From contig JAYPIC010000007.1 in NCBI GenBank assembly GCA_038127595.1, positions 22,113 to 48,620 of the forward strand: a DNA stretch of 26,508 nucleotides, given 5' to 3'. Below the pieces are notes generated by a model. It made no database searches and was not told where the DNA came from. It saw only the letters and a list, made by a program, of their open reading frames with translations. Within the stretch, counting starts at the first letter, position 1; each line of letters opens with the position of its first letter. Position numbers and translations under genes: made by a program. Below, piece after piece: positions 1 to 8,350 of the stretch. This stretch comes from a bacterium (GTDB lineage Bacteria; Fidelibacterota; Marinisomatia; Marinisomatales; UBA1611).

Positions 1-2
1 TC

Positions 3-587
3 GTAATTGTAATCTCTAACCCTCTTGACGCAATGGTATATGCCTTCCACAAAGTATCCGGGTTTGCTAAAAATAAAGTAGTAGGAATGGCTGGTGCGCT
101 GGATTCTGGAAGATTCCGAGCATTCTTAGCAATGGAAACTGGATTATCAGTACAAGATGTAAGTTGTATGGTGCTAGGAGGCCATGGCGATAGCATGGTC
201 CCAATAACTAGATTAGCTACGATAGGCGGCGTACCAGTAACAGATCTTATTAGCTCTGAAAGGCTAAGAGAAATTGAAGACCGTACTAGATTTGCAGGAG
301 GAGAACTTGTAAAATTGTTTGGAAATGGTTCAGCTTTTTACGCACCTGCGCAATGCGCAATTGAAATGGCTGAAGCATATCTAAAAGATAAAAAACGCGT
401 AATTCCAAGCGCTGCGTTATGTGAAGGTGAATTTGGTATAGATGGTTATTTTATTGGCGTACCTACTGTTATAGGTGCAAGCGGCATAGAAAAAATTATC
501 GAGTTTAGCCTTACAGATGAAGAAAAATCTGGATTAGATAACACTTTGGATGCAGTAAAAAAGACTGTCAAGGAGACTAAGTTATAA
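3..587 (+). CDS. mdh: Malate dehydrogenase (LDH-like MDH), 5'-truncated by the window edge
   Basis: The frame is open from base 3 (VIVISNPLDAM...). Motifs SNPLDAM, GMAGALDSGRF, LGGHGDSMVP and GSAFYAPA are typical of LDH-like MDHs. The ATG at 33 is internal. Confidence 0.93.
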   Translation, partial: VIVISNPLDAMVYAFHKVSGFAKNKVVGMAGALDSGRFRAFLAMETGLSVQDVSCMVLGGHGDSMVPITRLATIGGVPVTDLISSERLREIEDRTRFAGGELVKLFGNGSAFYAPAQCAIEMAEAYLKDKKRVIPSAALCEGEFGIDGYFIGVPTVIGASGIEKIIEFSLTDEEKSGLDNTLDAVKKTVKETKL

Positions 588-633
588 TATTTTTACCTAA
601 TTAATCCTAAAATGAAATAACAGTATTTATTAA

Positions 634-1872
634 ATGCAATTATTTCTCAGTTTATTACTTTTAATTAGTTCTAGCTTATTTTCTCAAGAATTATTCGTTC
701 AAGAGGAAGAAAAAAACCTTTATAGATCAGCTGTTGAATATAGCTTTGATGAGGTACTTGATAACGGGTCTTATACATTCCTCTTTGAACAAATAAATGG
801 AATGATAAATATTATTGGGCATGCAGGTTCTGGAACTCACCTAATTATTGATAATAGAGTTCATGCTTTTAGTAATAAAAATGCTATTTCAATCTTAAAA
901 AATAGTCAAATAAATGTATACCATGATAAAATTGAAAAAGTCATACGAATTAAGAAAATGTCTGAGAGATACGACCATAAAATCATTGGGAAAATTGATC
1001 TACACCTTCCTTTCAATACTAACCTAAGAGGTACGATTAAAAATAGTGACTTAACTATTTCGAAGGTTAAAGGCACTATAGCAATAAATACAGAAAGTAC
1101 AGATTCTGATTTAAATAATTTAAATGGGAATATCAATATAACTACAAGAGGTGGAAATATTAGTGCAACAAAATTATCTGGTGAGATGGAGTTAAGCGTT
1201 GTAAGCGGCGACATAAATATTTTTGATTGCGATGCAAATTCAATGCTTACCATGGATAATGGGAATATTTTTATCAATGGGTTAAAAGGAAATCTATTAT
1301 CAAACACAACTTTGGGAGAGACACTAGTTTCAAACTATGAAGGAGAAAGCAGTGTTTTTAATATTAATGTAGGGAACCTAAAAATCAACAAATCCAAATC
1401 AAATATAAACGCAACAATTGATATTGGAAGTGTAAATATTAATAATATTCAAGGAGCTACAACTATATTTACAGGTAAAGGTGAAATTAATTTAAATAAT
1501 ATAATTGGTGATGTTAATTGTAATACAAATTTTGGTAATGTTAATGGCATTAATCTTTTTGGTAAAATAAACGCTAATTCTGAATTAGGTGATATAGAAA
1601 TAAATAAAGGATATAATTCATTTTTGAAAGATCACTCTGTAAACATTGCAACAAAACGAGGTTCAATCTCTGTACGCTTACCTTCCGATTTACCATACGC
1701 TATTAAATCTCAGTGTCATAACCTTGAAACTAGAAATGCAATTAGCTCTGAAATTCCGCTAGATGAAGAGTTTTTATCAGCCAAAGTAGTAGCTCAAGGA
1801 AAAATAAAAGAAGGAACTATAAGTTGTAATCTTTCATCTAATTATGGTCCGATATCAATTTTTACAAATTAA
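634..1872 (+). CDS. Exported DUF4097-family beta-strand repeat (putative adhesin/beta-solenoid) protein
   Basis: Signal peptide (…SSSLFS|Q) followed by many ~19-aa repeats of the type GNINITTRGGNISA, GDVNCNTNFGNVNG and GKINANSELGDIEI. Ends in LSSNYGPISI. Confidence 0.75.
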   Translation: MQLFLSLLLLISSSLFSQELFVQEEEKNLYRSAVEYSFDEVLDNGSYTFLFEQINGMINIIGHAGSGTHLIIDNRVHAFSNKNAISILKNSQINVYHDKIEKVIRIKKMSERYDHKIIGKIDLHLPFNTNLRGTIKNSDLTISKVKGTIAINTESTDSDLNNLNGNINITTRGGNISATKLSGEMELSVVSGDINIFDCDANSMLTMDNGNIFINGLKGNLLSNTTLGETLVSNYEGESSVFNINVGNLKINKSKSNINATIDIGSVNINNIQGATTIFTGKGEINLNNIIGDVNCNTNFGNVNGINLFGKINANSELGDIEINKGYNSFLKDHSVNIATKRGSISVRLPSDLPYAIKSQCHNLETRNAISSEIPLDEEFLSAKVVAQGKIKEGTISCNLSSNYGPISIFTN

Positions 1873-2742
1873 ATGCTGAACCGTTCTATAATCTTGATCT
1901 ATCTTTTATGCTCTTCTCCAATTTCGAAAGCTGAAGAAATTAAAAATTTTGATTTTCAATATAATTTAAAAAAATACGATGCATTTCGTGTTTACCTTGA
2001 TTGTAAGATTGGAAATCTAAGAGTTGAACCGAGCAATAATCGATATTATATCAATGGAGATGTTTCTTACAATTCTCTGATGTCTAAACCAGATCTAAAA
2101 CTATCTGATAAAAATAATGTGGCTAAACTAGACTTTAAAATAGAAACTGAAGATATAGGCATTAATTCCAACTCATTAAATAGTTTGATAGATAAAGGTA
2201 GTAATAATTATGTAATTAATTTTTTAATGCCAAAAAAAATATCCACAGATTTAAATTTTAATTTTGGTGCAGGGCAAGTTGATCTCGATTTTTCTGGATT
2301 AAGGATTACGAGCCTGATAATGGATTGTGGTTTAAGTGACGTTAATTTAATTTGTGATAAATCAAACATAGTGCATTGTGAGAGTGTAAATATTTCTACT
2401 GGTGTATCAGATTTTAATAGCACCACATTAGGAAACTTTAATTCTCCAAAATATTATTTTAATGTTGGCGTTGGTTCAGCTCAAATTGATATGTCTGGCT
2501 CTGTAAATAAGGATACAAAAGTAAAAATTGATGTTACTCTTGGTTCTTTGGAATTAAAACTTCCCGAAAATACAAATATTGAACTAATGATAGATCAAAA
2601 CCTACTTAGCTCTGTTAACATACGTGATCTTGTATCGCTTGGGGAGGGGGAATATAAAAGTAAAGAAGCTCAGAAAAGATGGGCAACAATGGAGCTCGAA
2701 ATTTCCATAGGTATAGGTTCAGCAGATATCTATTTAAAATAA
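1873..2742 (+). CDS. Exported toast-rack/LiaF (DUF2154)-like beta-solenoid envelope protein
   Basis: Signal peptide; repeats FGAGQVDLDFSG, VGVGSAQIDMSG, VTLGSLELKLP and IGIGSADI. Abuts the upstream gene (TAA-ATG). Confidence 0.6.
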   Translation: MLNRSIILIYLLCSSPISKAEEIKNFDFQYNLKKYDAFRVYLDCKIGNLRVEPSNNRYYINGDVSYNSLMSKPDLKLSDKNNVAKLDFKIETEDIGINSNSLNSLIDKGSNNYVINFLMPKKISTDLNFNFGAGQVDLDFSGLRITSLIMDCGLSDVNLICDKSNIVHCESVNISTGVSDFNSTTLGNFNSPKYYFNVGVGSAQIDMSGSVNKDTKVKIDVTLGSLELKLPENTNIELMIDQNLLSSVNIRDLVSLGEGEYKSKEAQKRWATMELEISIGIGSADIYLK

Positions 2743-2751
2743 ATTAAAAAA

Positions 2752-3681
2752 TTATTTTTTTGCCTTATTGATCTGATCAATATTTCGTTTTAGTCCAGAT
2801 AATTTTGTGCGTTTTGCAGAAGATTTTTTAAACGTCTTGGAAAAATCTAATTGATCTATATCAATCCAGTTCTGATCTGTTTTGTTTAAAATTTCTGCTC
2901 TTGGCCGAAAGTATTCCTCTTTGGATATTTCCGCAAATGAAATATTCCATGGACAGACTTCTTGGCAAATGTCACAACCATAAATCCAACCATCTAAATC
3001 ATCATAACCATCTAAAAAATCACCACGGTGCTCAATAGTTAAATAACTAATACATTTATTAGCATCTAACTCATACTCAACTAAAGCTTTCGTAGGGCAT
3101 GCGTCAATGCAAGCAGTACAACTACCACATAGATCTTGTTCAAAAGGAGCATCATACTCTAAATCTAAATCAATAATTATCTCGCCCAAAAACAGCCAAC
3201 TCCCATAATCTGTACTTATAAGATTTGTATGTTTACCCTGCCAACCTAAACCAGCTCTTTGGGCCCATACTTTTTCCATAACTGGTGCTGTATCCACGCA
3301 AACAAGACCTTTCACACCTGGGTTAGATTCTTTAATAAATTTTAATAATTCAAATAATTTTGATTTTATAATTGAATGATAATCATCACCCCATGCGTAA
3401 TTACTAAATTTAAAATTACTATCTAAATCGGATTGATCTTTTCCAACATAATAATTCATTCCTAATGATATCACTGATTTCGCCTCAGAAAAATAATTAA
3501 AAATATTACCCCTTTCAGATTTTCTTTTTTCAATCCATTCCATGGTTGCATGTTTATTATTATTAAGCCATTGGTTAAGCTGTTCTTTTTCCTTCTTTGT
3601 TTGGGAAGCTTTAGCAATTCCGACTTTATGGAACCCCAGGTCTATGGCTTTTTTTTTAATATCCTCAGAATTGATGATCAT
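2752..3681 (-). CDS. queG: tRNA epoxyqueuosine(34) reductase QueG
   Basis: YAWGDDYH, VDTAPVMEK, AGLGWQGKH, GSWLFLGE, the two Fe-S motifs CGSCTACIDACPT and GCDICQEVCPWN, and CISYLTIE. Confidence 0.96.
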   Translation of the reverse strand: MIINSEDIKKKAIDLGFHKVGIAKASQTKKEKEQLNQWLNNNKHATMEWIEKRKSERGNIFNYFSEAKSVISLGMNYYVGKDQSDLDSNFKFSNYAWGDDYHSIIKSKLFELLKFIKESNPGVKGLVCVDTAPVMEKVWAQRAGLGWQGKHTNLISTDYGSWLFLGEIIIDLDLEYDAPFEQDLCGSCTACIDACPTKALVEYELDANKCISYLTIEHRGDFLDGYDDLDGWIYGCDICQEVCPWNISFAEISKEEYFRPRAEILNKTDQNWIDIDQLDFSKTFKKSSAKRTKLSGLKRNIDQINKAKK

Positions 3682-3697
3682 TTATCATTTTAATAAT

Positions 3698-4381
3698 TTA
3701 ATAATATAAAAAACCTAAATATGCTTTTATAGATATTCTACTGTATGTGTTTGAAATTTTAAAAGATTTTGAGCCATCTTGTTTTTGATAATTCAGCTCG
3801 TCACTGTAGTTCTCATACCCTAAAATAACACCTCCGATAACTCCCTGATTTAGCTGCTTTGAGACATTACAATTTATTTCATATCCATCGTTTTCCACAT
3901 ATATGTAAAAAAGCATATCCAAATTTGGACTACTTAACATTTCTATTCCTGGTTTAAACCATGACTCATATGTAATATCATTTTCTTGAAAATAAGCGTA
4001 AAAAGAAAAACCATTAATATCAATGCCTGTAAAATACTCTGGAGTGGTTTGAACCTCATTTGAAAAAGTAATATTTGACCCCAGCCCTAAATCATATGAT
4101 ATAGTTTTAGAAATAGCCCTGTTTAATCCAAAAGATACATTTGATACTATATCTGTATTTGAATAGTAGTCTATTTGACCAGCCCACATGTTATTATATA
4201 GCCCAAGTTTATTTTGTAAGTTGAGGAATACTTCAGCATCAAGACCATCATCTGCTAAATTTAAAAATCCACCTGAATAATACTCTGCACTAGGCGCATA
4301 TATATTTTCTACATTTGATTGGGATTTAATTATCGATGCAAATAAAAAAAACATATAAAAAATCCTCATGAATGGATGCAT
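3698..4381 (-). CDS. Putative small outer-membrane beta-barrel, distantly TorF/TIGR02001-like
   Basis: Signal peptide, amphipathic strands and an aromatic C-terminus (YLGFLYY). GLYNNMWAGQIDY and ISYDLGL resemble TorF-family segments. An alternative start exists at 4369. Confidence 0.45.
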   Translation of the reverse strand: MHPFMRIFYMFFLFASIIKSQSNVENIYAPSAEYYSGGFLNLADDGLDAEVFLNLQNKLGLYNNMWAGQIDYYSNTDIVSNVSFGLNRAISKTISYDLGLGSNITFSNEVQTTPEYFTGIDINGFSFYAYFQENDITYESWFKPGIEMLSSPNLDMLFYIYVENDGYEINCNVSKQLNQGVIGGVILGYENYSDELNYQKQDGSKSFKISNTYSRISIKAYLGFLYY

Positions 4382-4385
4382 AATT

Positions 4386-4931
4386 TTATTTACTTTCCTG
4401 ATAAATTTTTTGGTACCATAAAATTCCTATAATTGTTTTTACATCTGTTATTTTGTTTGACCACACTAAATCTAAAGCATGTTCTAAAGAAGTAGGCATC
4501 AATTCAAGAAACTCATCAGAATCTCTATTAATATTTGTTTGTACCAGATCAGTCGCTAAATAAAGACTCATATTCTCATTAGCAAAACCAATTGCGGGAT
4601 GAATCATTGCAATAAAGTTTAAATTTTTTGTTTTAAAGCCAATTTCCTCTTCCAGCTCTCTTATTGCACATTGATCAGGCGTCTCTCCCTTATCTATTTT
4701 GCCCGCAGGTAGTTCAATAAACTCGGAGCCCATGGCATATCTGAATTGTCTAATCAATGCAATCTTCCCGCTTGGAAGAATTGGGACAATAACTACGGCT
4801 CCAGGATGATTTATCCATTCCCGGGTACTGTTTTTCCCATTTGGAAGCACAACATTATCTTTTTTTACATCTAAAAAATTTCCTTTATAAACCGTTTGAG
4901 AGCTAATTTTTTTTTCTACAAGCTTAGACAT
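4386..4931 (-). CDS. nudF: Nudix hydrolase, ADP-ribose pyrophosphatase (NudF-like)
   Basis: Nudix box GKIDKGETPDQCAIRELEEEIG, plus the ADPRase-type context REWINHPGAV, RQFRY, ELPAG, DSDEFLE and ITDVKT. Confidence 0.85.
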   Translation of the reverse strand: MSKLVEKKISSQTVYKGNFLDVKKDNVVLPNGKNSTREWINHPGAVVIVPILPSGKIALIRQFRYAMGSEFIELPAGKIDKGETPDQCAIRELEEEIGFKTKNLNFIAMIHPAIGFANENMSLYLATDLVQTNINRDSDEFLELMPTSLEHALDLVWSNKITDVKTIIGILWYQKIYQESK

Positions 4932-4975
4932 TATTTCAGAGACTAACTTTTTAAGTCATCCAGTATAATTTTAGC

Positions 4976-5713
4976 CTATTTTATCCACTCCCAATCTGAA
5001 GCAAAATTATCGGCTGATGGAATTCTATTAATTACAGTTTCTAATAACTTAATTGCCTCGACCCTGTTTTTATCTTTATCTAAAGCTTGAGCGTAGTAAA
5101 CAATTTGAGCTATTTCAGACTCTCCTGTCGCTTGTGCAAGTTCAAGATACTTTAAAGCATCATTATTGTTTGGCCAAGATAAAATAAATGGTATGTAAGG
5201 AGCTTTGTAATGGACTGCTCCTAATAAAAAATATCCTGCTCCATTTTCATAGTATGGATCAATCTCAATGATTTTTTTAGAATGGTATCTCATTTGATCT
5301 GCAACTCCTTCTCTGGCCGCTGCAAAAACTCCATATTCCTCAGCCCAGCTACCAAGATTAACTAAGTACCAATATCGATATTCTACGGAATTAGGAAATT
5401 TTTCAACCATACTTAATCCAAGATCCTTGCCTTTTTTAAGAAGATCTTTTTTTACTTTTTTATCTTTAACTACAAATTTTGATTTAAAATAATAGGATTT
5501 TAAAAGATATAATGAGGCCTCGTATTTGTCATCTTTTTTATCTAAAGCTTTTTCAAAATGACCAATTGCACTTGAAATTGGCCCAGGCTTAGCTTGGTCT
5601 TCAACGCACCCGAGGTGTCTTTGATTATACTCGGATATGCCTTTTTCAAGATATGATTGGCAATAGATTATAGGAACTAAAAAAAAGGAGGAAAGAAATA
5701 TTTTAAGAAACAT
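4976..5713 (-). CDS. Exported TPR-like helical protein (TatT/RMD-like); C-terminus possibly shortened by a TAG
   Basis: Signal peptide; helical repeats YWYLVNLGSW, IEIDPYYENGAGYFLLGAVHYKAP and ALKYLELA. The frame continues past the TAG as AKIILDDLKS. Confidence 0.6.
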   Translation of the reverse strand: MFLKIFLSSFFLVPIIYCQSYLEKGISEYNQRHLGCVEDQAKPGPISSAIGHFEKALDKKDDKYEASLYLLKSYYFKSKFVVKDKKVKKDLLKKGKDLGLSMVEKFPNSVEYRYWYLVNLGSWAEEYGVFAAAREGVADQMRYHSKKIIEIDPYYENGAGYFLLGAVHYKAPYIPFILSWPNNNDALKYLELAQATGESEIAQIVYYAQALDKDKNRVEAIKLLETVINRIPSADNFASDWEWIK

Positions 5714-5718
5714 TAAGA

Positions 5719-6495
5719 TTAAAAATATTCAATGTAAATAATTTTTATTTCTCTTTTAAAATAATCTACTTTATCCTCATCAAAAAGCAAGTTATTAAAA
5801 TTCAATTCTAAATGAAGATGCTCTACAAAAGTCCACCTAAGAGCAGCATTGAGGTAGCCACCCCTGCTAATTGCTAAAGTCTCAGTAGTCATATTATTTT
5901 CATTTAAAGCTGCATTATATTCCATTAACACTGAAAACTCTGGATTCAATTCAATATCCATTCCAAAAAATAAATTCGGATCTTCATCACCATCATCTGT
6001 CTCTGTAAAGTTATAACTAACTCCACTATGCAAACCCAAATTGCCTAAACTAGTTTTCCAATTCTTACTTGCACTGAGGTAAAAACCATATGCTTTCATG
6101 TCATAACGGTTCAAAGAATCACCCTGATTAAAATTACCGAAACCTTGTGTATTTAGACCTATAGCAACACCTGGTGAAGTAATAGATTCATCTATTAGCA
6201 TATATTTTAAATTGGCCTCAGGTCTAGGGTACCATCGCAAGCTATCATCCCCTATTAAATTTGGCGAACCATAAGAAAGACCAAATTGAAACCGATCTGT
6301 AATTCCTGCTCTTAAACCAAGTATCATACCACCACCATCTTGAATACGCATTCCAAGCGAAAAACTCCCTCTCATTAAAGTTGCTGCAGTTGGAACAGTA
6401 ATTAAATCAGTAGGTGGTGGATAATTCTGCCCAGTTGGATATGTTTGTCCAAATGTTATACTACAAATAGATAATAAAATTATTAATCGTTTCAA
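5719..6495 (-). CDS. YjbH-domain-like outer-membrane beta-barrel protein
   Basis: Signal peptide; N-terminal LITVPTAATLMRG motif typical of YjbH-like barrels; amphipathic strands; terminal Phe (IYIEYF). Confidence 0.6.
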   Translation of the reverse strand: MKRLIILLSICSITFGQTYPTGQNYPPPTDLITVPTAATLMRGSFSLGMRIQDGGGMILGLRAGITDRFQFGLSYGSPNLIGDDSLRWYPRPEANLKYMLIDESITSPGVAIGLNTQGFGNFNQGDSLNRYDMKAYGFYLSASKNWKTSLGNLGLHSGVSYNFTETDDGDEDPNLFFGMDIELNPEFSVLMEYNAALNENNMTTETLAISRGGYLNAALRWTFVEHLHLELNFNNLLFDEDKVDYFKREIKIIYIEYF

Positions 6496-7463
6496 TAGCT
6501 TTTCCTAAACTCTATAGCTTCTGGATAAATTACATCTCCCATGCGGGAGGTCAAAGAGCGTACATTGCTAAATGGTACAGTTAATAGCCCATCATTATCA
6601 TTTAACCTAAATTGAATTCCATTCTGGTTTGTCCCTACAAAATCAATATCCAATGACTGTCCGGTTTTCAAAACAAGTTGATCAAAATTTGTATGGGGAA
6701 TTATTGGATTATTTGATGAGATGATTCTTTTATCTTCGATTTCTTTTTTTATTATGTCATATTCATCTAAAATGTTTCCAGTCCTAGGAGGTGGGGTACG
6801 ATATAACTGATCTGCAGGGACCATATCTAACGCTACCTCTGAAATAAGTTCGTTATCTTTACCATACTCCCATATCTGTGTCACATTAGACATCAAATCA
6901 AACTTATATTTAAATTTTCTAATTATTTTTCCGGAAGGAAGTGCTCTCCATCTTTCTTCAGATAAAAAATTTAAATAATCATAATCTAGTTCGATCTTGC
7001 CATATTTTTTACCATCAATAGTCTCAAAAATAATCTGAGTTACCTGCTCACCTCGTGGAATAATAAAAGTCGAGCGCTGGTCATTAAAATTAATATATTC
7101 ATCTTTAATAAAATTTGATTTTTGAAATTCAATGCTCCAAGGTTCATCATTGCTAAATACAATTAATTTTAAAAATTTACCCTCACTATTTACTTCACCT
7201 TTTCTCACTAAAACTTTATCATCATTGTATTCCATAATTTCCCTCTTTGTGAGAGAACCATTCGACATATAATGTTCAAGTTTTACAGGGAGATTATAAT
7301 CATTAAAATAAGCTGTAAGATGATCGAATCCACGCCTACTAGTAGATTTCATCGGAACATTAGCAATAAAATCCTTTTCATTAGCATAATAACGAATGTA
7401 GGAGATATCATCAGATAAGATGATTTGATAAAGGATAATAGTTAAAAGAATGAAAAATTTCAT
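6492..7463 (-). CDS. Exported hypothetical protein with YD/MORN-like beta-hairpin repeats and a small C-terminal beta domain
   Basis: Likely start is MKFFILL at 7463, overlapping the upstream stop as ATGA. Hydrophobic signal; repeats such as YFNDYNLPVKLEHY, EYNDDKVLVRK and EYGKDNELISE. Confidence 0.6.
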   Translation of the reverse strand: MKFFILLTIILYQIILSDDISYIRYYANEKDFIANVPMKSTSRRGFDHLTAYFNDYNLPVKLEHYMSNGSLTKREIMEYNDDKVLVRKGEVNSEGKFLKLIVFSNDEPWSIEFQKSNFIKDEYINFNDQRSTFIIPRGEQVTQIIFETIDGKKYGKIELDYDYLNFLSEERWRALPSGKIIRKFKYKFDLMSNVTQIWEYGKDNELISEVALDMVPADQLYRTPPPRTGNILDEYDIIKKEIEDKRIISSNNPIIPHTNFDQLVLKTGQSLDIDFVGTNQNGIQFRLNDNDGLLTVPFSNVRSLTSRMGDVIYPEAIEFRKSY

Positions 7464-8350
7464 GGTACAAATCTCCAAACCACCGGACGATGATCAGAAA
7501 TTATTTCATCATAGCCTGCAAGATAATCACCTAATCTTATAGTTTGAACATCTCCTCCCTCATATTCCTCAAACAGATCACTTGATATCATAATGTGATC
7601 AATAAAACTACCGCTACCATAGCCAGGAAAAGAGTCATATACATTTGAACTAGAATGTGCCATATCATAAGTAACATACTTAAAATTATCTTGATCCTCC
7701 AAAAATATATTAAATGAATTCTGATTATAATTATCTGAAATGTCATCATTCCAATCGCCAACTACAATATGATTCAAGATTCCAGATTCAATGGAGCTTT
7801 TTAAGTAATCATATAAAATCTGTGCAGAAGAAACTCTTCTAGCATATCCATTATCGCAGCATTTCATATGCATGTTAATTAGAGTAAAATCGAGTGAATT
7901 TTCTCCTATGTATGTCATTTCTACTCTTAATGGTGGTCTATATGCAAATTCATACATGTTTTCGGTGAACAGACTAGACTTACTCCTAATGACAAAGTCA
8001 TTTTTTTTATATAGTAATGCTAGGTTTAAATAATCTGTATCATCGGAAATAACGTAATCATAATCAATCAATCTATCTGTAAGCTCTTGAAAAGAATTTC
8101 TATTTGATATTTCCTGAAGGCAATATACATCTGCATTTAGGCTAGTAATCACATTGTAAACTGAATCTATAGTTCGAGAACCTAATTTTGGAAAATTTTC
8201 TATATTCCATGTAACAATCTCAATACCATTAGCTAAGTTAAGGTCGGGTAAAAAACCAGTTGAATTATTAGTATTATTTTCCTCTTGTTTTACTGGACTA
8301 GCACAAGAAATAAAAATATAAAAAAATAAAAAATATAGTCTATATATCAT
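7460..8350 (-). CDS. Endonuclease/exonuclease/phosphatase (EEP, DNase I-like) lipoprotein
   Basis: Lipobox-like FISC. Complete EEP motif set: IVTWNIENF, LQEI, NMHMK, VGDWND, IDHIMIS, SDHRPV. Confidence 0.88.
   Translation of the reverse strand: MIYRLYFLFFYIFISCASPVKQEENNTNNSTGFLPDLNLANGIEIVTWNIENFPKLGSRTIDSVYNVITSLNADVYCLQEISNRNSFQELTDRLIDYDYVISDDTDYLNLALLYKKNDFVIRSKSSLFTENMYEFAYRPPLRVEMTYIGENSLDFTLINMHMKCCDNGYARRVSSAQILYDYLKSSIESGILNHIVVGDWNDDISDNYNQNSFNIFLEDQDNFKYVTYDMAHSSSNVYDSFPGYGSGSFIDHIMISSDLFEEYEGGDVQTIRLGDYLAGYDEIISDHRPVVWRFVP

Noticed and set aside
906..2426. Antisense ORFs 906-1307 and 2208-2426
   Set aside because: They are shadows of well-formed + strand genes and have no motifs.
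3649..3657. A9 run near the queG start as a phase-variation tract
   Set aside because: The frame is intact (IKKK), and such runs are expected in AT-rich DNA.
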